From Patescibacteria group bacterium (GTDB taxonomy: Bacteria > Patescibacteriota > Minisyncoccia > Phycocordibacterales > UBA12445), in assembly GCA_003504275.1 (NCBI GenBank), contig DOAO01000008.1, positions 1-60,539 of the forward strand: 60,539 nucleotides of DNA, written 5' to 3'. Position 1 is the stretch's first letter. Each line of letters begins with the position of its first letter. The translations under genes were made by a program, and so were the position numbers. Of the stretch, positions 56,721-60,539 are shown piece by piece. A model generated the notes under the pieces. It did not search any database. It had not been told where the DNA came from and saw nothing but the letters and a program-made list of their open reading frames with translations.

Positions 56721-57356
56721 ATGGAAAACAATAGCAACACACAATCAGTAGTAACAAAACCACAGGTCACAACAACAGGTGTGGCTACTGGAGCAAATAC
56801 AGCACCAGCTAGAACTCCTTATAGAGGCTCTAAACCAGGAGGATTTGCCGGAAAGAGTTTTTCGGGTGGAGCTACTGGAGGAAGAAAGTTTGGAGGAAAA
56901 AAGCCTGATGGAAGGCCTGGATTTGTGAAGCCAGATGTTGACTACAAAATATTAAATATTAGAAGAGTTGCCCGTATCACTGCCGGAGGAAAAAGATTTA
57001 CTTTTGCCGTTGCTCTTGTTGTTGGCGATAAAAAAGGATCTGTTGGGGTGGGCACAGGAAAGGCGGGGGACACTTCATCTGCCATAGAGAAAGCTATTAA
57101 GAATGGAAAGAAAAATATGATTAAGGTAAAGACAACAAAGAAAATGTCTATACCTCATGAAGTAGCCGCAAAGTTCGCAAGCTCCAGGGTTGTTTTGAGG
57201 CCAGCTCCGGGTAAGGGGTTAGTCGCAGGAAGCTCTGCTAGAATCGTTTTAACACTGGCTGGTATTTCAGATGTTTCTAGTAAATTCCATTCCAGAACAA
57301 AGAATCCGTTAAATAATGCCGAGGCCACACTAAAGGCCCTCCAAATGTTGTCCTAA
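56721..57356 (+). CDS. rpsE: 30S ribosomal protein uS5
   Basis: RRVARITAGGKRF, VVGDKKG.VG.G.GKA, LRPAPGKGLVAG. Confidence 0.97.
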   Translation: MENNSNTQSVVTKPQVTTTGVATGANTAPARTPYRGSKPGGFAGKSFSGGATGGRKFGGKKPDGRPGFVKPDVDYKILNIRRVARITAGGKRFTFAVALVVGDKKGSVGVGTGKAGDTSSAIEKAIKNGKKNMIKVKTTKKMSIPHEVAAKFASSRVVLRPAPGKGLVAGSSARIVLTLAGISDVSSKFHSRTKNPLNNAEATLKALQMLS

Positions 57357-57406
57357 ATTTTACTTGTCATTTTCCATTTTGATTTTTAAATTTTAAATTA
57401 ACTACA

Positions 57407-57841
57407 ATGCAGATACATCAAGTAAAAAGAGTACATCCAAATAAGACGAAGAAGATCGTCGGAAGGGGTGGTAAAAGGGGAACAACTGCCGGAAGAGGCA
57501 CAAAGGGACAGTTGGCCAGATCTGGTAGAAAATTAAGACCGGAGCTCAGAGACCTTATAAAGAAGATTCCTAAATTGAGGGGATATAGGTTTGCTTCTGT
57601 AAATAACACTAAGCCGATTAGTATCAAGCTGGAAGATATCGCAAAAATATTTAAGGAAGGAGGAGTCGTTTCCCTCTCAACACTACTTTCTTCAAGCCTT
57701 CTTTCAACAAAGAAAGGAAGAGTTCCTGCTGTTAAAATATTGGGAACAAGCGAGGTTTCAAAGAAATTAAATATAGTTGGTTGTAGAATCTCAAAGAAGG
57801 CGAAAGAAATCGTAGAAAAGGCAGGTGGTTCTGTAAAATAG
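57407..57841 (+). CDS. rplO: 50S ribosomal protein uL15
   Basis: VGRGGKRGTTAGRGTKGQ.ARSG, VKILG, EKAGG. Confidence 0.97.
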   Translation: MQIHQVKRVHPNKTKKIVGRGGKRGTTAGRGTKGQLARSGRKLRPELRDLIKKIPKLRGYRFASVNNTKPISIKLEDIAKIFKEGGVVSLSTLLSSSLLSTKKGRVPAVKILGTSEVSKKLNIVGCRISKKAKEIVEKAGGSVK

Positions 57842-57907
57842 ACCTCCTTTTTCTTAATTTGATTTTTAAAATTTTGAATTTTGACTTTTAAATTTTAACT
57901 TAATTAT

Positions 57908-59182
57908 ATGTCTTCTATTTGGAACAAAATAAAATTAGCTTTAGGAGATCGCGACCTTAGATCAAAGATACTTTTTGTTTTATTTGCTCTCATACTTTTT
58001 AGACTTGGGGCTACAATACCTGTTCCTGGTGTTGATAGGGTGGCTTTAGAGAAGTTTTTTAGCGGAAGTCAGTTTTTTGGCTTAATGGATATCTTTTCGG
58101 GAGGTGGTCTGTCAAATCTTTCCATTTTTATGTTGGGTGTTGGTCCTTACATTACCGCTTCCATTATAATGCAGCTTCTCACTATGATATTTCCTAAGAT
58201 GAAGGAGATGTATCAGGAAGCCGGTTCAGCTGGAAAACTTCAATTTGCTCAATACTCAAGACTTCTTTCTGTTCCTTTAGCATTTTTGCAAGGCTTTTCG
58301 TTTTTGACTCTTCTTGGAAATCAAGGAGTACTCCTTGCTAATGCGACCTTGTTTGATAAATTTGTTATGGCGATAGTTATAACTGCCGGTTCCACTCTTC
58401 TTATGTGGATAGGAGAACTTATAACCGAATATGGCATAGGAAATGGTTTATCGCTCATAATCTTTTCCGGTATTGTTGCAAGAATCCCGTCATTGACTAG
58501 TGAATTAGCTTTTAAATTTGACGTATCCCAGATCCCTACATATTTAGGTTTCTTGGTTGTCGCGATTGTTATTGTTGCTGGAGTTGTTGTTATCAGTGAG
58601 GCCGAAAGACCAATACCTGTTACTTATGCAAAAAGAGTGAGGGGAAATAAGGTTTATGGTGGCACATCCACATATCTTCCTCTTAGGGTCAATCAGGCGG
58701 GTGTTATTCCAATAATTTTTGCTCTCTCCTTCCTTTTGTTTCCTCAAATGATACTAAATTTTATGTTGAGCTTAAAAAACGAAACATTAACAATAATTTC
58801 AGATTTCTTGTTGTCTCTCTACAATAATCAGTTTATTTACGGCTCACTCTACTTCTTGTTGGTTGTGTTGTTTACGTATTTTTATACTGCTGTTACCTTC
58901 GATCCTGATTCAATATCTTCAAATTTACAGAAAAGCGGAGCATTTATTCCGGGAATTAGACCAGGGGTTCCTACCACAGACTATTTAAATACTGTTTTGG
59001 TTAGACTCACTCTTGTTGGTTCTGTTTTCTTGGGTTTTATTGCTATTTTGCCACTCATTATGACAGCTGCTATGGGGGATTCCTCTCTTGCTATCGGTGG
59101 CACCGCGCTTTTAATTGTTGTCTCGGTTGTTCTTGAACTGGTAAGACAGATAGATGCTCAAGTATCAATGAGAGAATACTAG
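57908..59182 (+). CDS. secY: preprotein translocase SecY
   Basis: LGVGPYITASIIMQLL, GIGNGLSLIIF, NQAGVIPIIFA, FIPGIRPG, GGTALLIVV. Confidence 0.99.
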   Translation: MSSIWNKIKLALGDRDLRSKILFVLFALILFRLGATIPVPGVDRVALEKFFSGSQFFGLMDIFSGGGLSNLSIFMLGVGPYITASIIMQLLTMIFPKMKEMYQEAGSAGKLQFAQYSRLLSVPLAFLQGFSFLTLLGNQGVLLANATLFDKFVMAIVITAGSTLLMWIGELITEYGIGNGLSLIIFSGIVARIPSLTSELAFKFDVSQIPTYLGFLVVAIVIVAGVVVISEAERPIPVTYAKRVRGNKVYGGTSTYLPLRVNQAGVIPIIFALSFLLFPQMILNFMLSLKNETLTIISDFLLSLYNNQFIYGSLYFLLVVLFTYFYTAVTFDPDSISSNLQKSGAFIPGIRPGVPTTDYLNTVLVRLTLVGSVFLGFIAILPLIMTAAMGDSSLAIGGTALLIVVSVVLELVRQIDAQVSMREY

Positions 59183-59237
59183 AAAAAAAGAATAAAGAAG
59201 TAGGAATTAAGAATAAAAAATAATAATTTTTTCAAAC

Positions 59238-59263
59238 AAAAACACTCCCATTGGAGTGTTTTT
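59238..59263 (+). terminator. terminator after secY
   Basis: AAAACACTCC-CATT-GGAGTGTTTT. Confidence 0.7.
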
Positions 59264-59421
59264 AATTTATATACACTTAAGTGGTATTTCACTAAGAGTT
59301 ATCCACACTTTTCATGTATCTTTAATCCTTCTCAAGTGTTAAAATTTATAAGTGTCGCAGACCCTTTTAGTTTGCGTCTGTCTGCTGGTAGGTAGGTACA
59401 TATTTTAAATTATATTTTCTT

Positions 59422-60539
59422 TTGAACACTTCTCTCTATTACATATTAAGAAAGAAGACAGTGAGCTTTTTAACATTGCTCAGTATTATTCTATCTCTCT
59501 TCCTAACATCTCCCGCATATTCCGCCACCTCCCAATTCTCCAAACTACTCTCATATCAAGGTAAACTCACAACCTCAGCTGGTGTTACAGTAGCAGACAG
59601 TACATACAACTTCAGATTCAGAATATACACTACAGCTACAGGAGGCTCTGCTATCTTTGACGAAACAATATCAGCCACTACAGTAGGTGGTATATTCTCA
59701 ATACAGGCAGGTAACGCCTCAAGCACAGCAGATCTCAATTTCAATCAACCGCTATACGTAGGTATGACGATAAACAACGATCCCGAGATGACACCCAGAA
59801 AGGAACTCTCATCTGCTCCTTTCGCATTTGAAGCTGATAAGCTAGACGGTCTTGATTCATCCGACTTCGTACAAACAAACAGCACTTCCACCATAGCCTC
59901 TACTTCAGCCAATACCATCTTTACCGTTAACCAACAGGGGACAGGAGGAATACTCTCTTTACAGAAGACAGGTGTAAGTATGCTTGAAGTAACAAATGAC
60001 GGTAATGTAGGCATAGGTACATCATCTCCATATGCCAAGCTCTCAGTCGTAGGAGAAGTAGTCGCTTCCAAGTTCACAGCTACATCCACAGCTACATCTA
60101 CTTTCGGAGGAGGTATCTCTTCAGCTAAAGGCATAAACATAGAAGACCCTTCCGCATGTTTCTCTGTCGCAGGTGTATGTATCGCAGGTGGGGGTGGAGG
60201 TATCACATCTCTTCGAGCAGAGTACAGTGGAGCTCAGTCAAACGTAGCTCAGATATTCAGTACTACATCAGATACCAATCTTAACTTAATCATTACATCA
60301 GCAGGTGGTACTCACACCTTCACCCCGTCGTGGTCAGGGTCACTCTCTGTATCTAGAGGAGGCACAGGACTCACCACCGCATCCCTAGGAGACATACTTG
60401 TAGGTAACGGAACAGGATACACAGCTTACTCCACTTCCACTCTCGGACTCCTTACCACAAACGTAGCCGAAGGAACAAACCTCTATTTCACAAACGACAG
60501 ATTTGACACAAGACTCTCTTCTACCACAACCCTTCCTAA
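59422..60539 (+). CDS. N-terminal part of a giant secreted surface/fibre-like protein (3' end outside window; not in ORF track)
   Basis: Open frame from TTG 59422 (or GTG 59461) to the window end: signal peptide ..SPAYSA, LSYQGKLT..ADSTYNFRFRIY, EMTPRKELSSAPFA..KLDGLDS, GNVGIGTSSP, VAEGTNLYFT. Confidence 0.85.
   Translation, partial: MNTSLYYILRKKTVSFLTLLSIILSLFLTSPAYSATSQFSKLLSYQGKLTTSAGVTVADSTYNFRFRIYTTATGGSAIFDETISATTVGGIFSIQAGNASSTADLNFNQPLYVGMTINNDPEMTPRKELSSAPFAFEADKLDGLDSSDFVQTNSTSTIASTSANTIFTVNQQGTGGILSLQKTGVSMLEVTNDGNVGIGTSSPYAKLSVVGEVVASKFTATSTATSTFGGGISSAKGINIEDPSACFSVAGVCIAGGGGGITSLRAEYSGAQSNVAQIFSTTSDTNLNLIITSAGGTHTFTPSWSGSLSVSRGGTGLTTASLGDILVGNGTGYTAYSTSTLGLLTTNVAEGTNLYFTNDRFDTRLSSTTTLP

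Noticed and set aside
59556-60206. Minus-strand ORFs of 62 and 153 aa
   Set aside because: Shadows of the + strand giant surface gene. The same applies to the many short ORFs overlapping well-supported genes.
1-60539. CRISPR array, tRNA or rRNA genes
   Set aside because: No regularly spaced direct repeats with unique spacers, no cas genes, and no cloverleaf or rRNA-like tract seen by eye.
1-60539. Circular element joining the two partial surface genes
   Set aside because: A direct end-to-start join is out of frame with no terminal overlap, and the content is core chromosomal.
1-60539. Alternative genetic code (UGA read as Gly)
   Set aside because: Conserved genes are full length under code 11 and folD ends normally at TGA.

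Overview
Chromosomal segment of a low-GC Patescibacteria (CPR) genome, most consistent with Parcubacteria. Support: rplK is not followed by rplA, rpsE-rplO lacks rpmD, GlyRS is alpha2-type, IleRS is type 2, and TGA is a stop codon. Most genes are on the + strand. Core genes: secE-nusG-rplK, tmk, ileS, recO-like, glyS, metG, tatD, csp, rpsF-ssb-rpsR, efp, recA, ftsK, udg and rpsN-rpsH-rplF-rplR-rpsE-rplO-secY. There are also glycan genes and a surface-protein cluster (S-layer-like, lamin-tail-domain and phospholipase C-like proteins), and partial giant surface proteins at both window edges. Four signals stand out. (1) A gene for a helical-bundle + winged-helix protein next to ftsK carries 15 exact copies of TAWMGGACA in its promoter, coding sequence and 3' flank, a candidate self-binding DNA-organising locus. 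(2) A dispersed class of orphan-gene cassettes shares a sigma70 promoter, a boxA-like TTTGAAAA motif, a strong AGGAGG site and a terminator, whereas the core genes lack Shine-Dalgarno sites. (3) Several families of short palindromic elements insert into one another up to three levels deep and into coding frames. (4) DnaA boxes occur as 12-bp-phased arrays inside coding sequences. All calls are by-eye motif recognition; no database searches were run.
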